A DNA stretch of 64,000 nucleotides from an uncultured Prevotellaceae bacterium (GTDB taxonomy: Bacteria > Bacteroidota > Bacteroidia > Bacteroidales > Muribaculaceae): NCBI GenBank assembly GCA_947306175.1, contig CAMZFV010000003.1, forward strand, positions 51,869 through 115,868, written 5' to 3'. This document shows positions 19,202 through 28,699 of the stretch, in pieces. Position numbers and translations under genes: made by a program. The notes under the pieces are model-generated. The model had not been told where the DNA came from. It searched no databases and worked only from the letters and a program-made list of their open reading frames with translations. Positions within the stretch are counted from its first letter, which is position 1, and every line of letters begins with the position of its first letter.

Positions 19202-19341
19202 TAATCGTGCTAACGCACGAGAAATTAAACAAAATGATTAATAAAATTAAAATAAAAATTTATTTTGTTCGATTTTTATATAAATTTTTGTTTAATTTGG
19301 CTTCGCCGAGCTAAAGGTTCTCGGCCGCAAGGCCGATTAAT
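19202..19341. repeat. Dispersed AT-rich palindromic element, copy 2
   Basis: taatcgtgc-taac-gcacgagaaattaaacaaaa ... tttttgtttaattt..ttctcggcc-gcaa-ggccgattaat. Confidence 0.75.
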
Positions 19342-19347
19342 CACACA

Positions 19348-21207
19348 TTACATATACAATCGTTGATTCTCAAAGTCTACTTCGCGGTCGAGGAGGGTGA
19401 CGAAGTCGTCGAGGACGTCGCGGTCCACATCACCCAGGGTGAATTCGTTTTCGGCATCTTGGCGGATGAGGGAAATCCACTCGCGGCGGGCGGTGACATA
19501 GTCCTGATGAACACGTTCCACGGCCTCGTCGGTGAGTTCGTCAATGCCATAGTAGTCGAGGATGATGCGGTAACTCCATGACCATCGCAACTCGTTGTAG
19601 TTGGCATCAAGATCCTTGAAGCGGGCATTCACAGCCTCGATGGTGTCGAGGCGGCCGCTGATGATGTCCTCGATGATCTGGTCCTCGGCGCTCTGGGGCA
19701 TGAGCAGGCCCATCAGGTCGATCCAGTTACCCTCGCCAGCGGTTGTGGTGGGCGGCACGGGTTTGTGGCGCTTGAGCACGGCACCCATGTAGATGCGCAG
19801 TGCCATGTCGTAGTATCTGATACCCTTGTGCAGCAGGGGTGCCTTGATGACATACTCGTGGTAGTTGTAGGTGCTCACGTTGTCGCCACTGGCGGCACGC
19901 AGGTTTTCCAGAATCTTTTTTCCGCGCAGCACTTCGCTGATGGTGAACGGGCTGAGCCAGTCGAAATTGACCACACTGCGGTGCTCGCCGCGATAGCGCT
20001 TGTCTCGCTTGGGCCACTTGCGGATGTCACGGTACAGGCCCACGGTGGCAAAGTTGCGGCCAGGCTTGAGGTACATCGTGTCGCCGTAGGCGATGAGGTA
20101 GGAGAAGGGCAGGTCGCGTGTGTCGGGGTGATACATCAGCTTGCCGAACAGGACGCTGAAGGAGCCGATGTTGGCGGGCAGCAGCAGGTAGGCACCGCTG
20201 GCGGTCTTGCAGCCGCGCTCCAATGCGCCATAGTGCATCGGGCCCATTTTGTAGGCATGGTTGCTGAAGTTGGTCGCCGAGCCTGCGTTATAGAACGAGA
20301 ACATCGCACCGATGAGCAATGAACTCTTGTGGTGGCTTACTGTGAACGGGCCGCAGAAGGCCGCGCATGCCTCGCCGTTGGACATGTAGCTGTTGGCAAA
20401 AAAGACGCTGCTGGCAGCCGTGAAGCCGTTCTCCAGGTGGCAGGACTCTCCCACGAAGCAGTCAGTCAACTTGACGCTGCCGTTCAGGCGGGAACCGCCA
20501 CTGATGATGGTGTTCTCGCAGATGACGCCCGTGCGAATGATGATGGGATTCTCCATGGTGCTGCTGATGGTGCAGTTGCTCAAACGCGACACGCCGCAGA
20601 TCTGGCAGGCGTCATCGATGATGGTATTGATGATAACGCCTGTGTTGATGATGCGCACCTTGTTACCGATGGTGCTGCAATCAGGCCGCGACTCTTCAAC
20701 CGACTTGGCGACCATCCGCTTGATGGCCTCCATCATCGGCTTGTTGTCGCCGTGCTTAACCATGAGGGCGGCGAGTTGGCTGTTGAGCTCGTTGAGCAAC
20801 AACAGGTTGCCGTCTCCCACCTCGTTCAGCACCGCGATGGTGTGGCCTTGCCCGTAATTGGGCTCGCCCTTGGTGTCGATGGTGCTCACGTTGGAGATAT
20901 AGCATCCGTCACCGATGTTGACTTTATTGAGATAGTTGCCGATGTTCTCGATGAGGCAGTTGTCGCCGATGGTCACGTTACGCAACGTGGCATTGTAGAT
21001 GCCGCAGTTCTTGACAAAGCCCTCGGTGATTTCAACAGTGCCCTCGCTGCTGCCCAGCCGTGCCCATCCATAGAATTGCACACGGTGGCAACGCTTGACA
21101 TCAAAATCAGCGGTTACTTGTATTTCGTTCCAGTCTTGTGCCCAACAGTCATTCTTTTTCAAGGATTCGATTTGTTGGTCTGTCAGTTGGAGGTATTCTT
21201 TTTTCAT
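19348..21207 (-). CDS. DUF4954 family protein (left-handed beta-helix-like)
   Basis: Hexapeptide-like repeats, VLNEVG, GPFTVSHHKSSLLI, SNHAYKMGP typical of this Bacteroidetes family. Confidence 0.82.
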   Translation of the reverse strand: MKKEYLQLTDQQIESLKKNDCWAQDWNEIQVTADFDVKRCHRVQFYGWARLGSSEGTVEITEGFVKNCGIYNATLRNVTIGDNCLIENIGNYLNKVNIGDGCYISNVSTIDTKGEPNYGQGHTIAVLNEVGDGNLLLLNELNSQLAALMVKHGDNKPMMEAIKRMVAKSVEESRPDCSTIGNKVRIINTGVIINTIIDDACQICGVSRLSNCTISSTMENPIIIRTGVICENTIISGGSRLNGSVKLTDCFVGESCHLENGFTAASSVFFANSYMSNGEACAAFCGPFTVSHHKSSLLIGAMFSFYNAGSATNFSNHAYKMGPMHYGALERGCKTASGAYLLLPANIGSFSVLFGKLMYHPDTRDLPFSYLIAYGDTMYLKPGRNFATVGLYRDIRKWPKRDKRYRGEHRSVVNFDWLSPFTISEVLRGKKILENLRAASGDNVSTYNYHEYVIKAPLLHKGIRYYDMALRIYMGAVLKRHKPVPPTTTAGEGNWIDLMGLLMPQSAEDQIIEDIISGRLDTIEAVNARFKDLDANYNELRWSWSYRIILDYYGIDELTDEAVERVHQDYVTARREWISLIRQDAENEFTLGDVDRDVLDDFVTLLDREVDFENQRLYM

Positions 21208-21329
21208 GTTTTAGATAGTGTATATAAAAAAATGTGCCGGCAAAGGTAATGCAATATTAGGTTATGAAAAGACAATCCCTATCATTTTAACGTCTGATAG
21301 GGATTGTAAAAGGTTTTTTAGGCTTATTT

Positions 21330-21397
21330 GTAGAGACGCAAAATTTTGCGTCTCGGTTCGACCATCCAATTGGAGACGCAAGATTTTGCGTCTCTAC
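21330..21397. repeat. GTAG-family REP doublet (inverted pair)
   Basis: gtagagacgcaaaattttgcgtctc + gagacgcaagattttgcgtctctac. Confidence 0.88.
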
Positions 21398-21401
21398 ATG
21401 C

Positions 21402-22862
21402 CTAATCCAGGCAGTGCACGAGCAGTTTGGCCTTGCCGTTCTCCACCAGATGGATGACCAATTCGCCGAACAGCGTGTTTTGCCAGGCGAACCAGGCGCG
21501 GGTATAGCGCGTGGCATCGTCCTTGTTGAACGACTCGTGCATAAAGCCCGTGTTGGCATCCGTTGTCAGCAGTTGGCGCATGCACCAGGCGATTTCTTCG
21601 TCATTGTCAGCCGTAAAAGCCTTCATCATGATGCTCATGGGCCAGATGAGGTTATAGGCCGTGTGGGCGCCGCCGATGCCCTCGCCAGCCATGCCCTTGA
21701 AGAAGCAGGGATTATCCTCGCTCCACACAAAGCGGCGCGTGTTGCGGTAGATGGGGTCGTCCATCGGCACGTCGCCCAGGTAACCCATCGCCAGCAGGCT
21801 GGGCACGTTGGCATCATCGGCCAGCACTCGTCCGCCCCAGCCGTCCACCTCGTAGGCGTAGATTTTGCCGTATTTGGGATGTTCCACGATAGCATACTTG
21901 TGCAAGGCGTCCTCCACCTCTTGGGCGAGGTCACGGCACTGGATGGATAGCGCGTCGTTATGGTTCACCTTCTCGAGGATCTCACCCGCCTTGCGCAGCG
22001 AACTCACCGCCATAAAGTTGCTGGGCACCAGGAACGGCAGCACCGTGGCGTCGTCGCTGGGGCGGAAGCACGACACAATCAGTCCCACAGGATTGACGGG
22101 AGGTCCCCAGCCATACCACGTGAGGGATGACTTGGCGTCAATATCGCGGCGCATGAATTTGTACGGGCCTTTGTCGCCGTTCTTGCGCTGCTGCTCCTTG
22201 AAGGTGCGTAACACTGCCTGCATCGCCTCGACCCACAAGTCGCCGAAGATGCTGTCGTCGCCCGTTACCAGCCAGTACTCGTAGGCCAGTCGGATAGGGT
22301 AGCACAACGAATCGATTTCATATTTGCGTTCATGCAGCTCGGGCTTCATCTCCGTCAGGTCGTTCTCCCACTGGCTGCCCGTCGGGCCGTCGTTAAAGGC
22401 GTTGGCATACGGGTCCAGCACGATGCACTTCAACTGCCGCAGGATCACGCCGCGCAGCATGTGTTGAAGTTTCTTATCCTGCTTGGCATACTTGACGTAG
22501 GGCCACACCTGGGCACCGCTGTCGCGCAGCCACATCGCATGGATGTCGCCCGTATAGACAAAGGTGTCATCCTCGCCGTTCTCGTCCAGGCGGTAATGCA
22601 CCGTGCTGTCGAGTGTGTTGGGGAAGCAGTTCACAAACATCCATGCCAGCTTCGGGTTGCCCTTGATCAACTTGTACACGTCGCGGATGCGCTGTTCGAT
22701 GATGACGCTGGAGAACAGCCGCTCCTCAACGGGCGGTCGCTTGCTCACATAATTGGCAGTCGCGTCGCTCACCATCGTGGTGTAGCGCTCATGCACGTCG
22801 GCAGCGGCAGGCAGTACAGCCACCACCGCAACTATCAATAATAAAAGATGTCTCAGTTTCAT
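21402..22862 (-). CDS. Glycoside hydrolase family 125 (exo-alpha-1,6-mannosidase-like)
   Basis: [53 protein letters not shown]; signal peptide from MKLRH. Confidence 0.92.
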   Translation of the reverse strand: MKLRHLLLLIVAVVAVLPAAADVHERYTTMVSDATANYVSKRPPVEERLFSSVIIEQRIRDVYKLIKGNPKLAWMFVNCFPNTLDSTVHYRLDENGEDDTFVYTGDIHAMWLRDSGAQVWPYVKYAKQDKKLQHMLRGVILRQLKCIVLDPYANAFNDGPTGSQWENDLTEMKPELHERKYEIDSLCYPIRLAYEYWLVTGDDSIFGDLWVEAMQAVLRTFKEQQRKNGDKGPYKFMRRDIDAKSSLTWYGWGPPVNPVGLIVSCFRPSDDATVLPFLVPSNFMAVSSLRKAGEILEKVNHNDALSIQCRDLAQEVEDALHKYAIVEHPKYGKIYAYEVDGWGGRVLADDANVPSLLAMGYLGDVPMDDPIYRNTRRFVWSEDNPCFFKGMAGEGIGGAHTAYNLIWPMSIMMKAFTADNDEEIAWCMRQLLTTDANTGFMHESFNKDDATRYTRAWFAWQNTLFGELVIHLVENGKAKLLVHCLD

Positions 22863-22929
22863 AAGTCTTACCAATAAACTCACTGCCACAAAGGTAAATA
22901 TTATTCTCCAATCGTCCAAATTGAGCCAT

Positions 22930-23072
22930 CGAAATCAAGGCATCCGCACTCCTGAATAACGGCATTAAGGTATTAGTAAATGAAAAGCGCAGGGACATTG
23001 TTTGCCGATTGTGGACAACACGCTTTTATTTATGTGCTCCGTGAAAGTACGGAGGGAACAGAACATCTCACA
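22930..23072 (-). ncRNA. Candidate sRNA or long leader upstream of the GH125 gene
   Basis: Full TTTG-N20-TATATTTG promoter (23107-23076), several stems, no ORF; GH125 has a separate promoter at 22920-22889. Confidence 0.45.
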
Positions 23073-23212
23073 CCGCAAATATAGCATATTCCTTTGAAAT
23101 AAGCAAATGTTTTTACACTTTTTCGACCAATAATGTAAATAATCGTCATTTGAAAATGAAAAATACTTTCAAAATCTTGCAGTAAATCAAAAAAGAGATT
23201 AAATTTGCGGCT

Positions 23213-24469
23213 ATGAGAGTGAAAAGCATCATGTTGAGTCTGCTGGCGTGTTTTGCGTTAGCAGCATCGTCACAGCCCACACAGCAGACGCCCGAGTGGG
23301 AGTGGTATCTCGATGAGGTAATCAGCGAGACCTTTGTCGGGCGCAACTACTTCGAGTATTACTACTCGCCCAGTGCTGCCGACATGAAGCAGCAACGGGA
23401 ACAGGGCGAAGTGAACTATTTCCTGAATACCCCCGAAGGGCTCAACAGCAAGATAGTGCGTGACATGATCGACCGCCTGATGGCCAGCTATGACGACATC
23501 CAGGCCGTGGGCGACTGGCATGTGACGACCAACACCTACTGGAAAGAATTCCGCTACGAGAAGAACAAATTCCGTTTTAGCGTCAAGCGCAAAGCACTCG
23601 ACGACGGCACCTACTACGTGAGCGTCACCGAGACTGCGGGCTACTTCAAGTCGCTGGGCAAGAAAAATTCTCAAAAGCCCGAATCGGCCACACGTTCATC
23701 GGCCGACCAACCCACGGCCCGCCATAGCAAGCGTGACCGCAAGCCTGTAGTCGTCGCCGACAATGAGGTGGATAGGAGTATGGAGGATATCGCGGTGGAT
23801 GAGGTTGCGGTGGATGAGGTCGAGATACCTCGGCAGGCTTCCACATTGAGTGCCAAGGAGCAACGTAAACTCGAGAACGAACGTCGGGAAGCCGAGCGTC
23901 GGGAACTGCGTGCCAAGCAACGCCGCGAGCAGGAACAGCGCCGTGAGGAGGCCAAGGCTCAAAAGGAGGCCGAGAAAGTGAAGAAGGCCGAAGAAAAGAA
24001 GCAGCGCCAGGAGGAAGAACGCCTCAAGAAGGAAGAAAAGCGCCGCGAGCAGGAGCAGAAGCGCGAACTCCAGCGCAAGGAGCGTGAAGCCCGCCAGCAA
24101 TCGGCATCAGCAGCCAAGAAACAGCAGTCCAATAGCCGCTATCACTATACCGATGTGGCCTTGTGGCTGAGCGAGAAATATGACTTTACCCAGACGGCTA
24201 TGAACAGCAACAGCTGTACCATGTACTCTACTGTTGTCAAGGATGTTGAGATGGCCAAACTCGCCATCAAGAACGCCCTCAAGGGCAGTAATGCCCGCAT
24301 GGCGGTGCCCTGGCGGCTCAATAGCGGGACCCAGGCGGTAGAGACGGGATACACGGTCGATGACCACATCCTCGTGTTTGCCATCGGCAAGGACGACGAG
24401 GGGCAGATTACCCTCAACATCACCGAGGTGAGCAACGATGAGTTTGAACTCTTCAAATCTGGAAACTGA
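23213..24469 (+). CDS. Hypothetical exported protein with long E/K/R-rich helical linker
   Basis: Signal peptide, ~100-aa charged helix between two globular regions; host-like codon usage. Confidence 0.8.
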   Translation: MRVKSIMLSLLACFALAASSQPTQQTPEWEWYLDEVISETFVGRNYFEYYYSPSAADMKQQREQGEVNYFLNTPEGLNSKIVRDMIDRLMASYDDIQAVGDWHVTTNTYWKEFRYEKNKFRFSVKRKALDDGTYYVSVTETAGYFKSLGKKNSQKPESATRSSADQPTARHSKRDRKPVVVADNEVDRSMEDIAVDEVAVDEVEIPRQASTLSAKEQRKLENERREAERRELRAKQRREQEQRREEAKAQKEAEKVKKAEEKKQRQEEERLKKEEKRREQEQKRELQRKEREARQQSASAAKKQQSNSRYHYTDVALWLSEKYDFTQTAMNSNSCTMYSTVVKDVEMAKLAIKNALKGSNARMAVPWRLNSGTQAVETGYTVDDHILVFAIGKDDEGQITLNITEVSNDEFELFKSGN

Positions 24470-24503
24470 CAACTAAGAACTAACAACTCAATATATTAAT
24501 GTG

Positions 24504-25862
24504 ATGAAAAAGATACTTTTAACTTTGCTTTTGATGATGGTGGTGGTCATCGTCGTTCAGGCTTGTAAGCCTAAAGATCACCACGCTGTGCCGGTGAGCG
24601 ATGAGTTCGTCGTGCCCGAACCCGCCGATGTTGTCCTCTATCAGGTCAATCCTCGCGTGTTTGCGCCGTCCAATTCGTTCCAGGCCATCATCGACCGTCT
24701 GGACACTATTCAGGATTTGGGCGTGAACATGCTGTGGATTATGCCCATCTATCCCATCGGTGAGGAAAAGAGCAAGAACTCGCCTTATTCGGTGAAGGAC
24801 TACAAGGCTGTGGCACCCGAATATGGAACGCTCGATGACCTGAAAACCCTTGTCGAGTCGTGCCATGAGCGGGGAATGGGCGTTATCCTGGATTGGGTCG
24901 CTAACCATACCGCATGGGATAACAAGTGGCTTAAACAGCATCCCGACTGGTACACTCATGACGCGAATGGCGATATTATCTATCCTGAGGGAACTGACTG
25001 GACCGATGTGGCTGACCTGAACTATAAGAACAAGGAAATGAGGGCTGCCATGATCGATGCCATGCGGTTCTGGGTAGATAGCGTGGGTGTTGACGGTTTC
25101 CGCTGTGACGTGGCCGACCAGGTGCCGGCTGACTTCTGGACAGAGTGTATCAGCACCCTGAGGGCTGCTGCCGCCCCCAAGCGGTTGATCATGCTCGCCG
25201 AGGGTGCCAAGAGTGAAAACTTCGATGCTGGCTTTGATTTGAACTATGCTTGGGAGTTTATGAGGGCGATTGCACAGGTGATGAAGGGCGATGCCCCCGT
25301 GAGCAAACTCGTCAATGTGGACAAGAATGAGTACAGTGACCTCGATTTCGGAAAATTCAAACTCCGCTTTACCACCAACCATGACGAGGCAACTAAGGCA
25401 TCCCCCATCACGTTGTATGGAGGCGTGAGGGCTTCGATGGCAGCCTTTGTGGCCACTACCATGCTGCATGGCGGTATGCTCATCTACGGCTCACAGGAAG
25501 TGGGTTATCCCGAGACGATCAACTTCTTTAAGTATGTGCCGGTCGACTGGAAAGCCAACCCTGAATTGCGGGAGGAATACAAGAAGCTTGTCTCCATCTA
25601 TAACGCCCACCCAGCATTGCGTTCCAGCGGTAAGGTGCGTGCCCTTGACGATGACGAGAACAACATCCTCTGTGTGGACCGAGTGCTCAACAACGATAAC
25701 GTGCTTGTTGTCGTCAATGTGAGGGATATCCCGTGCAGTTCCGACGTGCCAGGTATGTGGGCTGGTAAGGACGTGGTCGATCTCATGACAGGCGAGAGGA
25801 TGCATCTGGAACGTCGTTTCAACTTGAAACCCTATCAGTATCTGTTGCTCCACAACAATTGA
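24504..25862 (+). CDS. GH13 alpha-amylase-family lipoprotein
   Basis: Lipobox VQAC; SPYSVKDY, LDWVANH, DGFRCDVA, LAEG, TNHDE. Confidence 0.92.
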   Translation: MKKILLTLLLMMVVVIVVQACKPKDHHAVPVSDEFVVPEPADVVLYQVNPRVFAPSNSFQAIIDRLDTIQDLGVNMLWIMPIYPIGEEKSKNSPYSVKDYKAVAPEYGTLDDLKTLVESCHERGMGVILDWVANHTAWDNKWLKQHPDWYTHDANGDIIYPEGTDWTDVADLNYKNKEMRAAMIDAMRFWVDSVGVDGFRCDVADQVPADFWTECISTLRAAAAPKRLIMLAEGAKSENFDAGFDLNYAWEFMRAIAQVMKGDAPVSKLVNVDKNEYSDLDFGKFKLRFTTNHDEATKASPITLYGGVRASMAAFVATTMLHGGMLIYGSQEVGYPETINFFKYVPVDWKANPELREEYKKLVSIYNAHPALRSSGKVRALDDDENNILCVDRVLNNDNVLVVVNVRDIPCSSDVPGMWAGKDVVDLMTGERMHLERRFNLKPYQYLLLHNN

Positions 25863-25898
25863 TTTACCTGATCGCTGTTCCCCTCTTTAGATAAACAG

Positions 25899-25973
25899 CA
25901 AATTACGCAAATTGGACCGATTGGGCGTTTGATTTCAAACGCGGATGCCAATGATTCCAATTTGCGTAATTTG
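25899..25973. repeat. Long intergenic hairpin downstream of the GH13 gene
   Basis: 18-bp perfect arms caaattacgcaaattgga / tccaatttgcgtaatttg with inner gcgtttga/tcaaacgc stem. Confidence 0.75.
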
Positions 25974-26091
25974 TGTTTAAAAACGTGCTTTATGGCTTAA
26001 AAACTGGCCATAAATCTTAAATAATGTTAAAGAAATGCGTTTTCTTGCTCAAAAATTATGTTTAATAACATATTTAGCTTTACCTTTGCAC

Positions 26092-26242
26092 CAGATTTTT
26101 CATCAAGGACAAAAAATCGATGTCGTGAGACATGAGATTATTGTTGATAAGGTTAAGATTTAGTTTTAAGGTTTATGTTAATGGTATTAGAGGTTAATTA
26201 GATTTTTTTAATGATCCGCGGCGAGAGTCGGGGATTTTTTTT
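26092..26242 (+). ncRNA. Candidate stand-alone sRNA (~150 nt)
   Basis: TACCTTTG -7 box at 26081, two 5' hairpins, U/A/G-rich unstructured core, terminator with U-tract at 26213-26242, no ORF. Confidence 0.55.
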
Positions 26243-27347
26243 ATTCGGTGAAATCCTTGCCCATCAGTTCTCTCAATTGACCGTACAATGTGCGCTTCAT
26301 GCCTTTGTGAAGCGGAGTTTGCAGTCCGTCGAAGTCGGGCCTTGAGTTGGCTTCAATGACCTCAAGGTCACCGTTCTCCAGGATGGCGATATCCCAACCG
26401 ATGAAGAAATGCTTGACCTTGGGCGCGGCTTCCAGGCACAATGCCGTGATTTTGTCCCAGAATGGGATGGGGAACCCCTTGAACTGTATCTTGGATTCGG
26501 GATGGCACAGGTGGTGCTTCCCTTCGGTGTCGATGCCGTCGCTCTCGATGATACCCGTATTGATGTCAATCTGGGCATACAGACCGCCGGCATGGGTGTT
26601 GTCAACAACGGTGCCGCCGCATCCCACGCGCAACATCCCGCCAAACAGGAGCGCCCTGCCATTGTAGGACACGGTCATGACGCGGACGGTGTTCAGCGAT
26701 GCGGGATGGAAGGCTTGGGTGACATGATACCCCTTGATGCACTCCTCCACCACGGTCAGTTCTTTGACACATTTTTCATACAGTTCCCTCACCTGGGGAC
26801 CTTCCTGCTTGTTGACCTTGTAGATGCCGATGCCCCAGGATGTGTCATGGGGCTTCATGATGCAGTCATACGATCCGACCAGGTCGGCAAACTCCTCAAA
26901 TGTGGATTCAGGGGCATAGAGCCACCTGCGGTGGCATAGGCCGATTGAAGTGGCGAAACGCAGGAACTTCTCTTTATCCTTGAGCAGATCCATGTGGTCA
27001 TTTTCCGGACACTTCATGCGCAGCTTCAATACCAGGGCATGATAATCCACATAGGACAGGAACTCTTCCCGTTCGGCCTTGGACTTTTGATACAGGTTAT
27101 ACTGGTACAGATACTCAGCCAGGTTCATGTGTTGCGTGCGGTTGGCCTCGATGAAGCCGTCACGCGAAGCCCCTTCGGGCAATTCCATGCCTTTGTCAAT
27201 GAGTTGAAGCCCTTCTCGCAGGGCATCTCTTGATTTCTTGACTTTTAAAAGGTATGCCGCAAAGGAAGGAAAAGTATGGAAAACCTTATCCACCAACCAG
27301 GAGGTTACTTTATTTTGCCTGAGACGTTGTACGTACTGCATGAACAT
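26241..27347 (-). CDS. Sugar-transfer-associated ATP-grasp domain protein
   Basis: DKEKF, MKP..SWGIGI, VEECI, HPASLNTVRV, VDNTHAGG, IGWDIA, IEAN.RP. Confidence 0.85.
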   Translation of the reverse strand: MFMQYVQRLRQNKVTSWLVDKVFHTFPSFAAYLLKVKKSRDALREGLQLIDKGMELPEGASRDGFIEANRTQHMNLAEYLYQYNLYQKSKAEREEFLSYVDYHALVLKLRMKCPENDHMDLLKDKEKFLRFATSIGLCHRRWLYAPESTFEEFADLVGSYDCIMKPHDTSWGIGIYKVNKQEGPQVRELYEKCVKELTVVEECIKGYHVTQAFHPASLNTVRVMTVSYNGRALLFGGMLRVGCGGTVVDNTHAGGLYAQIDINTGIIESDGIDTEGKHHLCHPESKIQFKGFPIPFWDKITALCLEAAPKVKHFFIGWDIAILENGDLEVIEANSRPDFDGLQTPLHKGMKRTLYGQLRELMGKDFTE

Positions 27348-27598
27348 AATGGTGATATTGTCTGATGTTATTCTACGCTGCAAAGATAGTGCAAGCCGAG
27401 CATAAAAAAAAGAAGTCATTCTTTTTTATTTGCTCTGATAGTTGCACCCCATATCTTCTCTACCCCCACAGCCCTGACGTTTTAACAATATATTTGTTAA
27501 ATTAACGTCATTTTCACGCGGGGGTGTTGGGTAAAGATGTATTTTTGCACCTTGTAAATTAGCATTCAATAGACATTATATCAAAAAACAATAGTCTT

Positions 27599-28594
27599 AT
27601 GGCAGAAACAGTCAATATTAGGGAATTGAATGACCTGATAGCAAGTAAAAGTAATTTTGTGAACCTTATCCGTCAGGGTATGGACAAGACCATCGTGGGA
27701 CAGAAGCACCTTGTGGACTCGTTGCTCATCGCGCTGCTCGCCAACGGGCACGTGCTGCTTGAGGGCGTTCCCGGTCTGGCCAAGACCAAGGCCATCAGCA
27801 CGCTGGCATCGCTGATCGATGCCCGCTTCTCGCGCATCCAGTTCACCCCTGACCTGCTCCCTGCCGACGTGGTGGGTACCATGATTTACAGTATCAAGAA
27901 GGAGCAGTTCGAGGTCAAGAAAGGCCCCGTGTTTGCCAACTTTGTCCTGGCCGACGAGATCAACCGCGCACCTGCCAAGGTGCAGAGCGCGCTGCTCGAA
28001 GCCATGCAGGAGCGCCAAGTGACCATCGGTGAGCAGTCGTTTAAACTCGACGACCCCTTCCTGGTGCTGGCCACCCAGAATCCCATCGAGCAGGAAGGCA
28101 CCTATCCGCTGCCCGAGGCTCAGGTGGACCGTTTCCTGATGAAGGTGCTCATCGGATATCCCAGCAAGACCGAGGAGAGCGACATCATCAAGATGAACAT
28201 CGCTCCCGACCCCGTCGAAGTGAGTCCCATGGTCACTCCCGCCGACATCGTTGACACCCGCAAGGTCGTTCAGCAGATCTACATCGACGAGAAGATTCAG
28301 AAGTATATCGTGGACATCGTGTTTGCTACACGCTTCCCTGCTGACTATGGCTTGAATGATCTCAAGAGCATGATTTCGTTTGGTGCTTCGCCCCGTGCGT
28401 CCATCAACATGGCATTGGCATCGAGGGCTTACGCATTCCTGCGCAACCGCGGCTACGTCATCCCCGAGGACGTGCGCGCCATCTGCCACGACGTGATGCG
28501 CCACCGTCTGGGCTTAACCTACGAGGCCGAGGCCAACAACATCACCAGCGACGAGATCATCAGCAACATCCTGGACAAGATCGCAGTGCCCTAA
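27599..28594 (+). CDS. moxR: MoxR family AAA+ ATPase
   Basis: GVPGLAKT, RIQFTPDLLPAD, LADEINRAP, ATQNPIEQEGTYPLPEAQVDRF. Confidence 0.95.
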   Translation: MAETVNIRELNDLIASKSNFVNLIRQGMDKTIVGQKHLVDSLLIALLANGHVLLEGVPGLAKTKAISTLASLIDARFSRIQFTPDLLPADVVGTMIYSIKKEQFEVKKGPVFANFVLADEINRAPAKVQSALLEAMQERQVTIGEQSFKLDDPFLVLATQNPIEQEGTYPLPEAQVDRFLMKVLIGYPSKTEESDIIKMNIAPDPVEVSPMVTPADIVDTRKVVQQIYIDEKIQKYIVDIVFATRFPADYGLNDLKSMISFGASPRASINMALASRAYAFLRNRGYVIPEDVRAICHDVMRHRLGLTYEAEANNITSDEIISNILDKIAVP

Positions 28595-28619
28595 TTTTCA
28601 AGCCATGCGGCTTGAAAAG

Positions 28620-28695
28620 TTTAGAATTTAGGGTTTAGGGTTTAGTGTTTAGGGTTTAGAGTTGCTTGTCAACTAGGGACTAGAAACTAGAAACA
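28620..28695. repeat. Heptamer tandem tracts (TTTAGGG-like, then CTAGAAA-like)
   Basis: tttagaa tttaggg tttaggg tttagtg tttaggg tttagag ... ctaggga ctagaaa ctagaaa. Confidence 0.85.
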
Positions 28696-28699
28696 AAAA

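Noticed and set aside
22930..23072. Known riboswitch, SRP, 6S or tmRNA
   Set aside because: I could not match the consensus of TPP, cobalamin, FMN, SAM or SRP; left as an unassigned candidate ncRNA
26003..26032. dif/Xer-like site (actggccataa-atcttaaa-taatgttaaag)
   Set aside because: Partial arm matches with an 8-bp rather than 6-bp centre, in AT-rich promoter DNA; chance similarity is likely
28620..28661. Plant telomere repeat TTTAGGG suggesting eukaryotic contamination
   Set aside because: Only three exact units within a degenerate heptamer tract inside an intact bacterial operon; similar heptamer tracts with other sequences occur throughout
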